Shown in pieces: positions 1 through 9,482 of a DNA stretch of 33,284 nucleotides (position 1 is its first letter; each line of letters begins with the position of its first letter). Location: the NCBI GenBank assembly GCA_012862495.1, contig BLSG01000208.1, forward strand, positions 240,457 to 273,740. Reading direction: 5' to 3'. Source of the stretch: Thraustochytrium aureum. Taxonomy: Eukaryota. Below the pieces are notes generated by a model, which did not search any database, was not told the DNA's origin, and worked only from the letters and a program-made list of their open reading frames with translations. Position numbers and translations under genes: made by a program.

Positions 1-684
1 GCTGTGGGCCTTGCGGGCGCCGAAGACGCCGAGGTCGAGCGACGCCTTGGCGGCGGCCAGCTCGGCTTGGGGCATGGCCTCCAGCAGCAGGCCGTAGACG
101 CTGCAGACCGCGATGCTGCGCTTCTCTTCGGCGGTGCTGAGCTTGGCGCTGTCGCGGGCGGTGCGGATGTGGCTGTCAAGGAGGCCGAGGAGTTTGTCGG
201 CCTGGCCTTGGGCGCGCGCGACTTCGACGATGGCGCGGCCCACGGGGCCAAGGAACGATTTGTGTACGGCCTTGCCCTCGCTGCACATTGCCTGCACGAC
301 GGTGGAGGACTCGTACCTGGCCGAGGAGGACCCGAAGGCCATCAGCTCGTTGAGTAGCTCCTCGGGCTTTGTTGCCACAAGGGCGGCGAGGATCTCCTCG
401 TCCTTGGCGGCGCTCTTCTTCTTGCTGTCTTCCTTGGACTCGGCGTTGGCCCCGCCGAGCTTGACAACGGAGATCGTTGCACCCGGCGCAGCTGGCGGCT
501 TCCTGTTGCTCCCGGGGGTGGCACCAGTGCCGCAGTGATGATCCACCGGGTACTTGTGCAGCTTGCACACAATGACGCCGCACTTGTCGCACTGCTCCCT
601 ATTCTCGCCTTGCAGCGTCAACTTGCACCCATCCACGGGGCATCGGGGCACGATGGCCTTGGCGGCCGTTTTCTTCTTGGCCAT
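1..684 (-). CDS. AN1-type zinc-finger protein (3' end runs off the window)
   Basis: Not in the ORF track because it has no stop. ATG at 684 reads MAKKKTAAKAIVPRCPVDGCKLTLQGENREQCDKCGVIVCKLHKYPVDHHC, which fits AN1 spacing (C..C, CxxC, CxxHxY, HxC). The frame stays open with GC3-rich codons to base 1. Confidence 0.75.
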   Translation of the reverse strand, partial: MAKKKTAAKAIVPRCPVDGCKLTLQGENREQCDKCGVIVCKLHKYPVDHHCGTGATPGSNRKPPAAPGATISVVKLGGANAESKEDSKKKSAAKDEEILAALVATKPEELLNELMAFGSSSARYESSTVVQAMCSEGKAVHKSFLGPVGRAIVEVARAQGQADKLLGLLDSHIRTARDSAKLSTAEEKRSIAVCSVYGLLLEAMPQAELAAAKASLDLGVFGARKAHS

Positions 685-706
685 CCCGCCTTCCGCGCCC
701 GCCTGT

Positions 707-783
707 CTTCCGCGCCCGCCCGCCTGCCTGCCTTCCTGCCTTCCTTCCACGCCCGCCTGCCTGCCTGCCTGCCTTCCTGCCTG
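707..783. repeat. Degenerate tetranucleotide repeat (CCTG/CCCG/CCTT)n just upstream of the AN1 gene start
   Basis: gcctgcctgccttcctgccttcc...gcctgcctgcctgcctgcc visible directly. Confidence 0.8.
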
Positions 784-1236
784 ATCGACCGATCGCAGGC
801 CACGCTGCTGCTTTCGCTGCCTGCCGCTGCGCGTTGGGTGTCTGCTGGTTGCTGGTTTTGGTCGCCTGCCTGCGCCGTTCCCTTGTACACTGCCGACCAC
901 CCGCGTGGGCCCTCTCGGCGAAACCTCCCCGCAGCGCCCCACACAAAACACCGCACCGGGGAAACATACTCTGCCTCTGGTAGATACCCCGAGCGCGCGA
1001 TTCGCGCCACGCCAAAGGTTGAATCTCCCTCCCAGGGCGAATGTTGCTTTCAAGTTGGTGTTGTCTCTGCTTCGTTGTGCAGGCGCGGAGGACGCGTGAG
1101 GGCGCGGCCGTGCTCGGCCTCAAGACCCTCCTGCTCCTCAGGTTCTGCTGCGCGTCACCGGCGCCCCCTCCCATCGAGCCTGCCTCCTAACGGCTCCTTC
1201 CGCGCGCGCGCGCTCTGTGCGCGCGTGAAGGCAATG

Positions 1237-1328
1237 TAAATTTTACTTTTAGTATTTTTTATTTTTGTTTATTTTATTTATTTTTGTTTATTTTTTTGTT
1301 TTGTTGCGAAAAAAAGGAAAAAAGGAAA
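1237..1328. promoter_or_regulatory. AT-rich poly(dT)/poly(dA) island between divergent genes; putative nucleosome-depleted bidirectional promoter element
   Basis: About 90 bp of almost pure A/T in a GC-rich background, between ATG 684(-) and ATG 1670(+). Function is inferred. Confidence 0.45.
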
Positions 1329-1669
1329 CGTGGTTCTTGCAACGCAGAGCCAACGATTTCCTCGCCGAACGAAGAACAGCTCTTCGAGGCTTCGGCGAAA
1401 CATCGCGCGTGGGCTCTGCAGCGTTGAGCCGGTTGTGGTTTTGCCGAGGGCCCTGACCGCATTCGAGCAGGGAGCAGGCCGACATCGTTGGCTCGGACGC
1501 AGCGCGACGCCAGGACGCTCGCCCGGAGGCCTGCGGCTCGTGGCTAGGCTGCGTGGCAAGGCCCCACTTGCTTTGGAGCCGCTCCAGCGAGGTACGCGGT
1601 TTTTGTTGTGGGGGTTTGGGGCGGCTCTTGGCTGTGTGAGGATCGCGCTGGCGCGCCCACGAAGCGAGA

Positions 1670-2211
1670 ATGTCGTCCAAGCTGGTGCGGGAACACCTTG
1701 AACTGCAGACCAAGAGCCTGCTGGAGCGGATTGCGGCGGAGGGACAGGGAGGAGGGCGGCGGGGACGAGGTCAGCGAGGATGTCGCGATGCTGCGGGAGC
1801 TGGACCGGACGAGCAAGAGCAAGCGGATAGCGGCGGCGAAGAAGAAGACGTCCAGGAAGCGCGGCCGCGACGTGGAAGCGACGAGGGAGGCGCAAGAGAC
1901 CGTGCGCGCCGAGCAGCGGCGCGCTTTTGAGCGGGAGTTTGGTAAGTGGTTGTTTGTTCTTTCGCTCGCCGGGTTGGCGACGAGATGGAGGCGCAAAGCT
2001 AACAGCAGCTCCAGGCCAAGTGGTCGACGACGCCGAGCAGGACTACGAAGCGCAGAACGCGCGCGTCGTGCAGGCGAAGCGCAAGGTTGTCAAGCGCACA
2101 AACGAGAAGGCCATGAAGCTCTTACTCAAGATGCAAAAGCAGGAGGCCAAGCACAAGACGCTGGACGCCAAGCGCCGCCGGAAGCGCACTGTGCAGGCCC
2201 TCTTGTTGTAG
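1670..2211 (+). CDS. Small basic, helical Lys/Arg-rich protein; 2 exons (1670-1941, 2015-2211) with an apparent +1 frameshift near 1741-1743
   Basis: MSSKLVREHLELQTKSLLERIAAE, then one extra G, then DREEGGGDEVSEDVAMLRELDRTSKSKRIAAAKKK...FEREF, then intron, then GQVVDDAEQDYEAQNARVVQAKRK...ALLL*. The N-terminus loosely resembles RPS19BP1/AROS (MSAALLRRGLEL); this is weak. Confidence 0.65.
1942..2014 (+). other. Spliceosomal GT-AG intron (73 nt)
   Basis: GTAAGT donor at 1942, GCTAAC branch point at 1998-2003, CCAG acceptor ending at 2014. Splicing joins the two coding frames in phase 1. In-frame alternative AGs exist at 2005 and 2008. Confidence 0.8.
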
Positions 2212-2429
2212 GACCGAGGAAAGCAATCGCGTTGACATTTGTAGAGTACGTTTTTCTTTTCTATTTTCCAATCGAGTTCTGCTCGCGGTTGGCTGCGGCG
2301 CAGACACGCGGCCACGCCGGTGCCGCCGTTCCCGCGAGCTCAAGTGGGTTGCCGCCTACGTTGCGCGTGGGCGGTGGCCGAGCAAGTGAAAGTGCGACGG
2401 TCGTGTGGCCATCGTCAGCACGGCGCTGG

Positions 2430-3495
2430 CTACACCTCGTTGCCGCAATCCCTGCACTTGCGACCGCTCCCGTACTGATTGCCCCAGCGGTACGTGTTCC
2501 GGTGTTGGCAGGCCTGGCTACGCGATCCGCCACGGAAGCCACTGAAGCCACTGAAGCCACCCACCTCCATGCCACAGTCTCTGCACTTTCGACCACGGCC
2601 ATATTGATTTCCCCAAGCATACGTGGAGTTGTGCGCGCATTTTGGGGCGGGGATTTCCTCAGGGACAACCGGTGCCACTACGATCAGCGTATTTCGCTCC
2701 GGCTTTGGTGCCCTTGTCCTCGGTTCGTTTGGGGGCGTTTGGGGGCGGCTTTGGGGGGGGGTCCGGCGGAGCCTTCATCTTCTCTACCGAGACCTTGGCA
2801 GCACTCTCGCATGCTTGCTCTGGTGTCTTTCCCTCGTTGAGGAGCTGACGAAGTCGTGCAATCTCTCGCTTCTGAGCGCCGATCTTTTGCGCCTGAGCGT
2901 TGCCTCCATCACGAAGAGCTTCGCAGATGAGCTCGTACCGCTCTGTCTTAGCTTGCAAAGCTTGAGCGGCCTCCCCGACCAGATGGAACAAGGCGGCTTG
3001 CGCATCGAGTATGGATGCCGTGGCGTGCTCGATCTTGGATTTCCTGCCCTTGGCGAACAAAAAGGCGGACAAGTAGGCCATCAGGCCCGTGCTGAGGACG
3101 TACTTTTCCAGCTCCACCATCGCTTCAGTGACCTCCTGCACGCTCTCCCAGTACTCGGCGACGTACTTCGGTTCTGCTTTGCTCACCGAGTTCGCAACGC
3201 GACACAGGAACAGCTCATTCTTGAAAGGCTTGATGGCTTTGAGGAGCCGCTTTGCCCATCGATGGCTTACGAAGGCGGTCTCCACCTGCCTCAAAAGTGC
3301 CGAGACTACGGCGCAAATGGGGTCTGCGATTGCAAGGACGTCGGCCGCAGTGCCAGAGAATTCAACGGCTGCTCCCACCAGGTCCTTGCCGAGAGCGGCA
3401 CTGTCGAGGAGACTGTTCGCATAGGCGACGCCTTTCTCGGCGCGGCTTCGCGCATCTCTGAGCGTCGTCTTCCCTGGGGCTTTCGGCGAGGCCAT
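2430..3495 (-). CDS. About 354-aa protein: MLKL-NTD/HeLo-like helical domain, coiled coil, Pro-rich linker and two tandem CxH...CxxC zinc-ribbon repeats; frameshift at G9 run 2753-2761
   Basis: ATG at 3495 (MASPKAPGK). Removing one base in the G9 run fuses ORF 2659..3573 to ORF 2430..2678 through an open linker (DPPQSRPQTPPNEPRTRAPKPERNTLIVVAPVVPEE). The two 26-aa repeats differ mainly at synonymous sites. Confidence 0.7.
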
Positions 3496-3799
3496 ATCAC
3501 TATGCGAACTCTCGAACGCACGAGAGGTGCTTTCAAGCCGGGCTGCGCTTGCCCACGAGTTGTTTGCCCCCAATCCTGCGCTTCGTGCTCTGTCTCACGT
3601 TGCGCGGCTGCCGTGCGCGGCCGCCCACTCGTTCTGGCCGTCCCCGTGACCAGTGGACGATTGCATCGCCATGGTCACATGCAGGCGTGTGCGTTGTCGT
3701 GCCGTTGTCGTGCCGTCGTTGTCTTGTGTTGTGCTTCGTTCTTGGATTTGCCAGCACAGTACCGCGAGGCTGCCGGCCGTGGGTGTTGCAGTGCCGCGG

Positions 3800-3826
3800 T
3801 GATGATGATGATGATGATGATGATGA
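3800..3826. repeat. (TGA)9 microsatellite
   Basis: tgatgatgatg... seen directly. Confidence 0.95.
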
Positions 3827-4718
3827 GTACTGCAGCCAACCTCCCGGTTGGTGAGGCGACAAGTGAATGAGATTTTGTGCAGCCTCCTTCAGCAGCAGAG
3901 CCAGCTCGGCGTCCAAAATCCGACACGATTTCAAGAGGAGCAGGTCGTCATGTCATGGCCGCGAGCGGGATCCGCCTCGATGGCCTTGGCGGCGGCAGTT
4001 GGACTGGGGTTGAATCGTGGTGCCGCGTGACTCCTTGCGCGCAGTGCCCTTGCCTTCAACGTTTGATTGAAACCAAACCTGGACCTTGCGTCGCCGACGA
4101 GCGAGGGCCCTCGGCGGCCGAGAGCCACTCGTAAGAGTGGCGCAAGCCCATGCTCGCCCAAGCTCCCTCCCTCGTTGGCCTGACATGATGATGGACGAGC
4201 GCTGCCCTCACACTTGACCCCCTCACGCGTTGCTTGACAGGCACACGTGCAAGCGCGACTACGCGGCCGAACCCGGTATATTACCGCAAAAGCCTAAATA
4301 ACAACCATTTACTTTAATGCGCGGTACGACGAGCGTACGCGCTCCATGCCCCCAAGCGCGAGAATGGCACGGGGCGCCCCCGTCTGTTGCTGCTGGAGGG
4401 CTGCGTGTCCGCTGACTCGCTCGCTCGTACCCATGCATGAGAACTGCTTGTGAGGCGCGGTCACGGCGGCCTGCTTTCCACCCAAAGTCACGTTGTGCGG
4501 GGGCGCCTGTCAAGTTGTGTCAACTCTCACTCCACAAATTGTGACGCTCGAAAAGCTTGGCACCCGACGAATCACGGACGACGAGATGGCCCAAAACCCC
4601 AACCAGCGCAACCACTCCGCAAGGCCCCCAGAGCGGGCAGAGCGGGCAGAGCTGCTGCGGTGGGCAGGAGAACGACCCTGGACAGCTTGCGGAGGCCTGG
4701 CGCACGCCCTCGGGCAAG

Positions 4719-5441
4719 ATGCTGGCCAACGCGACGGAAACCGCGGGCCTGAACGGCGCAGAGTACCTGCTCGCGCTGGACCGGAACGTGATGATCCACG
4801 CGGCGCTGATGACGGGCACTTGGGCTTTGCTCGTGCCCGCCGCGATGTGCATCCCGCTGCTGAATCGCAACAACGAATCCAGGACCTGGATGTACCCCTA
4901 CGCGCTCATGATGGTGCTCGCGCTCGGCACAACAGGGGCAGGAATCTACTTTATTGTCGACTTCAAGGAAACGGTGGGTCTCGCTCACTTTCAGTCGCCG
5001 CACTCCATCATGGGCGCCTGCGCTGCCGGCCTCGCGCTCGTCGTGTCCGCCGCGGGCGTCTTTCCCAAGACTTATTTGAACTGCCGCAAGCTTTGGCGCG
5101 CCGTCATGTTGTGGCTCGGCAGGCTCAGCATCATCGTCTCCTTCACGGCGCTCGTCCTCGGCTTTCGCGCGGTGCAAACCCAGTACGGGCCCAACGACCA
5201 CGTGCGCATCGCCCAGTACTCGGCTATCGGTGTGCTCGTCCTCGGCGCGATCGTGGTCGGCTGCGTCGGGTTTCGGATGGGCGAGCCGCACGACTCGGAC
5301 GGGCACGAGCCGCGGCGCGGCTCGCTGCTTTTGCGCTACAGCACCAAGAGTCTGCCGTCACGGGGCCTGTTCGTGATCCGGCCGAGCAGCCGCCGAAACC
5401 CGGTCGTGGCTGCTGATGAGCTTTGGGCGCCGTCAAAATAT
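4719..5441 (+). CDS. Cytochrome b561-family membrane protein (DOMON-associated type domain); 3' end lost in gap
   Basis: About five hydrophobic helices with motifs IHAALMxxxWxLLVP, WMYPYALMM, HFQSPHSIMG and RKLWRAVMLWLGR. Likely start is ATG 4719 (MLANATET). Confidence 0.75.
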
Positions 5442-6394
5442 NNNNNNNNNNNNNNNNNNNNNNNNNNNNNNNNNNNNNNNNNNNNNNNNNNNNNNNNNNN
5501 NNNNNNNNNNNNNNNNNNNNNNNNNNNNNNNNNNNNNNNNNNNNNNNNNNNNNNNNNNNNNNNNNNNNNNNNNNNNNNNNNNNNNNNNNNNNNNNNNNNN
5601 NNNNNNNNNNNNNNNNNNNNNNNNNNNNNNNNNNNNNNNNNNNNNNNNNNNNNNNNNNNNNNNNNNNCTATGGCGACGACGCTATTTGGAGTGCAGTCCT
5701 GCGTGGGCCTGGTGAACAGCGCCCTGCTCGACCTGCACTCGAGTGGCGGGCGCGCTCGTCACGGTACATTCCGGCACCGAGGAGGAGGATCCTCCTTGCC
5801 GGTGTTGGCGGCGCATTGGCGTCATCGCCTTGTTGTCACCGCCTTGATGTCACGTTGTAAATCGAGCGTCGCTCGGAGGTTCGATTGGTTCGAGGCGGGC
5901 GTGCCACACTGCGACGATGACCGTGGTTGGCGCTGCGGACGCACTTTTCGAGCGCGCGCATCGAACTTGAAAAAGCTTTTTTTTTTTTGGTTTTTTGGGG
6001 GGGAAATCTCGGCATGTGGATCTCGCACGTGGCATCTGCACCGTAAGGAACGTAAGGAACCGGTACCCAGAGTACTCTCACTGAAAAGACGAATAGGCCC
6101 GAGTACTCCCGTACTCACCCAAAACCGCGGTGCAAGCGCAGCCTGTGTCAACACGACAGTCCAAAATGTTCAACATTCGTGGCAGTCGTGGCTGGCACGC
6201 ACTTGCACACCCGCCTTACCTCCAGAGTCTAATCCAGCCGATGCCATGTTAACCCCCCCCCTTGGCTTGGCCTGGCTTACGGCCATCAACCCTTGTCCTT
6301 CCAAGTCAGCGATCCCCATCTTCTCGCCTGGCAAACCCGATTCTTCGCTCGCCGATCGGCTTCGAGCGACGACAACAACATCAACCTGCTTCGC

Positions 6395-6420
6395 CTGCTG
6401 CTGCTGCTGCTGCTGCTGCT
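6395..6420. repeat. (CTG)8 microsatellite just 5' of the astacin start
   Basis: ctgctgctg... seen directly. Confidence 0.9.
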
Positions 6421-6436
6421 TCGCCTTCCTCGCAAG

Positions 6437-7981
6437 ATGCGTGGCACCGCTGTGGCGATCGTTTCCGCGGCAGTGGTCGGCTGGCACGGGCTGGCCCAAG
6501 CTGGCTTGCGAAGAGCGCTCGAAGCAGGCGCAGAATGGGAGGGGAGCGGGCTGTTCGAAGGGGACATCGAGATCTCAGAGGAAGAACTCGCAAGCCAGTA
6601 CGGCACCGAGGTGGCGCGGGCGGCCCGCGAGGCTGGGCTGCTGCCTCCAGTTGCGGAGGGCAGCCGAAACCTAGCGCTCACCAGTGTTCTTGCTTTGTGG
6701 GCAGAGCGCGACCCCAGTGACGGCAAAGTCATCATCCCGTACGAGATCTCAGCAGAGTGCCGGCCCACATCTGAATGCACCGAGCTTGGCTGCAAGTTCA
6801 CTTCGGATGAGGTGCGCAAGATCCGGTCCGCACTCGACACGTTCGAACTGCAAGTTGGTGTGGTCAAGTTCCCCGACTACGACTCGAGCAAAGCGAACCA
6901 TAGGCAAAACTACGTTAGTATCAAATGCAGTGGCGGCTGCTCAAGCATGGTTGGGCGTGCCATGTTGAACAACGGCCCACAATCGATCCAGCTGCAGCCC
7001 TTCAACGGTAGGTCGGGCTGCATGAGTGTGGGGACAATCCAGCACGAGTTCGAGCACGCCATGGGGATCTGGCACGAGCAGTCGCGGCCCGATCGGGACT
7101 CGTTCGTCACCATTCTAACCGCGAACGTCATCGAGGGAAACCGCCACAACTTTAAAAAGCGTGAAGCGAACGAAGTTGACGACCTTGGCATTGGGTATGA
7201 CTACGGCAGCAGCATGCACTATGGAGCCTTCGCGTTCACCTCCAACAACCAGCCCACCATCGACGCGCGTGGCAACGCAATCGGGCAGCGGAATGGGCTT
7301 TCGCCCAAAGACATCCAGCAAATCCGGCTGTTGTACAAATGTCCAGGAGGAGGGCGAAGAACCGCCGATCTCTGCACAAAGGATTGCCCCTGTGCGGTGA
7401 ACGAGGGCGATTGCGACACCGACGAGGACTGCGCAGGGAACCTGGTGTGCCAGATCGGCAATGCAGACGACGAGGTTTGCGTTGCGCTGAGCAACCGCTG
7501 CTCCACGTCCAAGCCCTGCCCCAATGGTTTGGGCCATTGCGAATCGAATGCAGAGTGTGAGGTCGGGCTTGAATGCACCGAGGAAGGCGAGACAGATCGT
7601 TGCCGCCCACCGCCAACGCAGAGCCCCACGCAGTCACCCACGCAGAGCCCCACCAGGGCACCCTCTAGCTCGCCCAGCGCGCAACCCACCCAATCGCCGA
7701 CGGTCACAGTTGCAGACACCGAGTCGTCTGGTCCGGGTGGTGTGAACCCGGCGGGGACCCCAAACCAAGGCGGAGACAGCTCCGTGCTGACGGTCGTTGG
7801 AATTGGCGGCGGCGGCGTCATCGTCGCCGTCCTCGCGTCTGCTGTCGTGGTCACGCGAATGCGCCGCAAGCGTCAAGAGAGCAGAGCTGCAACATTTTCG
7901 GGAGTGGTGGCTGGGCCGCGCGCGGCGGGTCGCGACGTGCCCCGCGCGCTTGTCGTCGACAACCCCAAGTTTCCGTACTAG
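6437..7981 (+). CDS. Astacin-family (M12A) zinc metalloendopeptidase, type I membrane protein with Cys-rich repeats and SPT stalk
   Basis: Signal peptide MRGTAVAIVSAAVVGWHGLAQA, propeptide FEGDI, HEFEHAMGIWHEQSRPDRD zinc motif, SSMHY Met-turn, two CxxxxPC...GxCxxxxxCxxxLxC repeats, (SPTQ)n stalk, TM helix, and tail ending NPKFPY. Confidence 0.93.
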   Translation: MRGTAVAIVSAAVVGWHGLAQAGLRRALEAGAEWEGSGLFEGDIEISEEELASQYGTEVARAAREAGLLPPVAEGSRNLALTSVLALWAERDPSDGKVIIPYEISAECRPTSECTELGCKFTSDEVRKIRSALDTFELQVGVVKFPDYDSSKANHRQNYVSIKCSGGCSSMVGRAMLNNGPQSIQLQPFNGRSGCMSVGTIQHEFEHAMGIWHEQSRPDRDSFVTILTANVIEGNRHNFKKREANEVDDLGIGYDYGSSMHYGAFAFTSNNQPTIDARGNAIGQRNGLSPKDIQQIRLLYKCPGGGRRTADLCTKDCPCAVNEGDCDTDEDCAGNLVCQIGNADDEVCVALSNRCSTSKPCPNGLGHCESNAECEVGLECTEEGETDRCRPPPTQSPTQSPTQSPTRAPSSSPSAQPTQSPTVTVADTESSGPGGVNPAGTPNQGGDSSVLTVVGIGGGGVIVAVLASAVVVTRMRRKRQESRAATFSGVVAGPRAAGRDVPRALVVDNPKFPY

Positions 7982-8862
7982 CCGGTCACCCACTCTAGCT
8001 ATAGCTAGAGCTGAAGCGGCGAGCACTGACTATTTATGCGCTTCTCACGGTACGCGAGTAGCGCAGGCTCGCGTGAGCTCGTGCTCCGCAAGGCCTGATC
8101 GGCCGCCGACCGTGTAGGAATGAATTCCGTTGCCAAGAGAATTAACACGTTTCGCCTGACACCCTCGCTCGCTGTTTGTAAACTCACAAGCAGCCCAGCG
8201 ACGCCGCCGCGTTGCACAACGCCTTCCACTCGGCTGCAGCAGGCACGTCGGCGGTCCTCGTCACCCCTCCGCAGCGCGGTCCTTTCTCAGCGTTCACAGC
8301 GGCGACTGCAGCTGTGAATGCGGTGCCAAGCAAGACGGCGTGGCCCGCACGGACTCGCGCAGCCGTGCGAGTGGCATCTACCCGTTGAGCCGCAGTAGGC
8401 CCGGGGCGCTTGTTCGGGCTCCGACGCCGCTTGGTCGTCACCCTCAAGTCGCGGTGAAGGACGCCCGAGATGAACAGCAGTTCGCCNNNNNNNNNNNNNN
8501 NNNNNNNNNNNNNNNNNNNNNNNNNNNNNNNNNNNNNNNNNNNNNNNNNNNNNNNNNNNNNNNNNNNNNNNNNNNNNNNNNNNNNNNNNNNNNNNNNNNN
8601 NNNNNNNNNNNNNNNNNNNNNNNNNNNNNNNNNNNNNNNNNNNNNNNNNNNNNNNNNNNNNNNNNNNNNNNNNNNNNNNNNNNNNNNNNNNNNNNNNNNN
8701 NNNNNNNNNNNNNNNNNNNNNNNNNNNNNNNNNNNNNNNNNNNNNNNNNNNNNNNNNNNNNNNNNNNNNNNNNNNNNNNNNNNNNNNNNNNNNNNNNNNN
8801 NNNNNNNNNNNNNNNNNNNNNNNNNNNNNNNNNNNNNNNNNNNNNNNNNNNNNNNNNNNNNN

Positions 8863-9288
8863 AGCAAGTGCTAGAAGGCGTCTTCAGGCTTCCGGCCGGC
8901 GAGCTCTTCCTTGGCTCCGAGGTTGTCGTCTGGGCGCAGGCCTTCTCGCGCACTGCGTTTGCGCTGGTGTGCGAGCGGGGCGAAAACACCGTTGCTGCCA
9001 TGCACCTCCTACGTATTCTACCGGGCGTGTTTGCGAGCGCGATCCGCCAGAGCATGGAGGCCAAGACAACTTCGGCCGCGCCTCAATCCACTCGAGGTGT
9101 GGCACCGAGCCCAGGCCGAGCTGGCACGCCGCCTGCCTCTGCGGAGGGACGTCAGCTTGCTCTTAGAGCGCTTGCCCGAAGTAGTTGAGGTCGTGCTGCA
9201 CACGTTCTTGCCAGTCGGCTTGCTCCCCATTCTCCTGCCGGACAGGATTGCGCAGCTGCGCGCAGAGATGCTCTCCATAATCGGCTGA
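8863..9288 (+). CDS. AP5S1: AP-5 complex subunit sigma-1 homolog (C-terminal part; 5' end in gap; +1 frameshift near 9146-9148)
   Basis: EGVFRLPAGELFLGSEVVVWAQAFSRTAFALVCERGENTVAAMHLLRIL and, after the shift, LLLERLPEVVEVVLHTFLPVGLL match the recalled human AP5S1 segments GAFRLAAENPF...VVWLGVLSLGFALVLDAHENLLLA and LLLRADRIEGILTRFLPHGQLL. Confidence 0.8.
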
Positions 9289-9482
9289 AGAGAACGGCAG
9301 TGCGCGAACCCCGGGTCGCCTGGAAGCCTGCACGTATCAATCACTCATCACGTTGTTTCATCTATGCTCAATCAAATGTCTATTCTATTTTCCCCATGCT
9401 GGGCAGGCTCGAAAACATTTATACTCGGAGCGAGACGAGCCCAGCCGCCGCAGCGCCAAGCACGGCTCTTCCGCTCGCGCCT

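Noticed and set aside
956..991. Single hairpin CGGGG...TCTGCC-TCT-GGTAGA..CCCCG
   Set aside because: Isolated, with no H or ACA boxes at proper spacing; expected by chance in GC-rich DNA.
5668..5860. Possible coding continuation of the cytochrome b561 gene after the gap
   Set aside because: The frame cannot be established across the Ns and no motif supports any frame.
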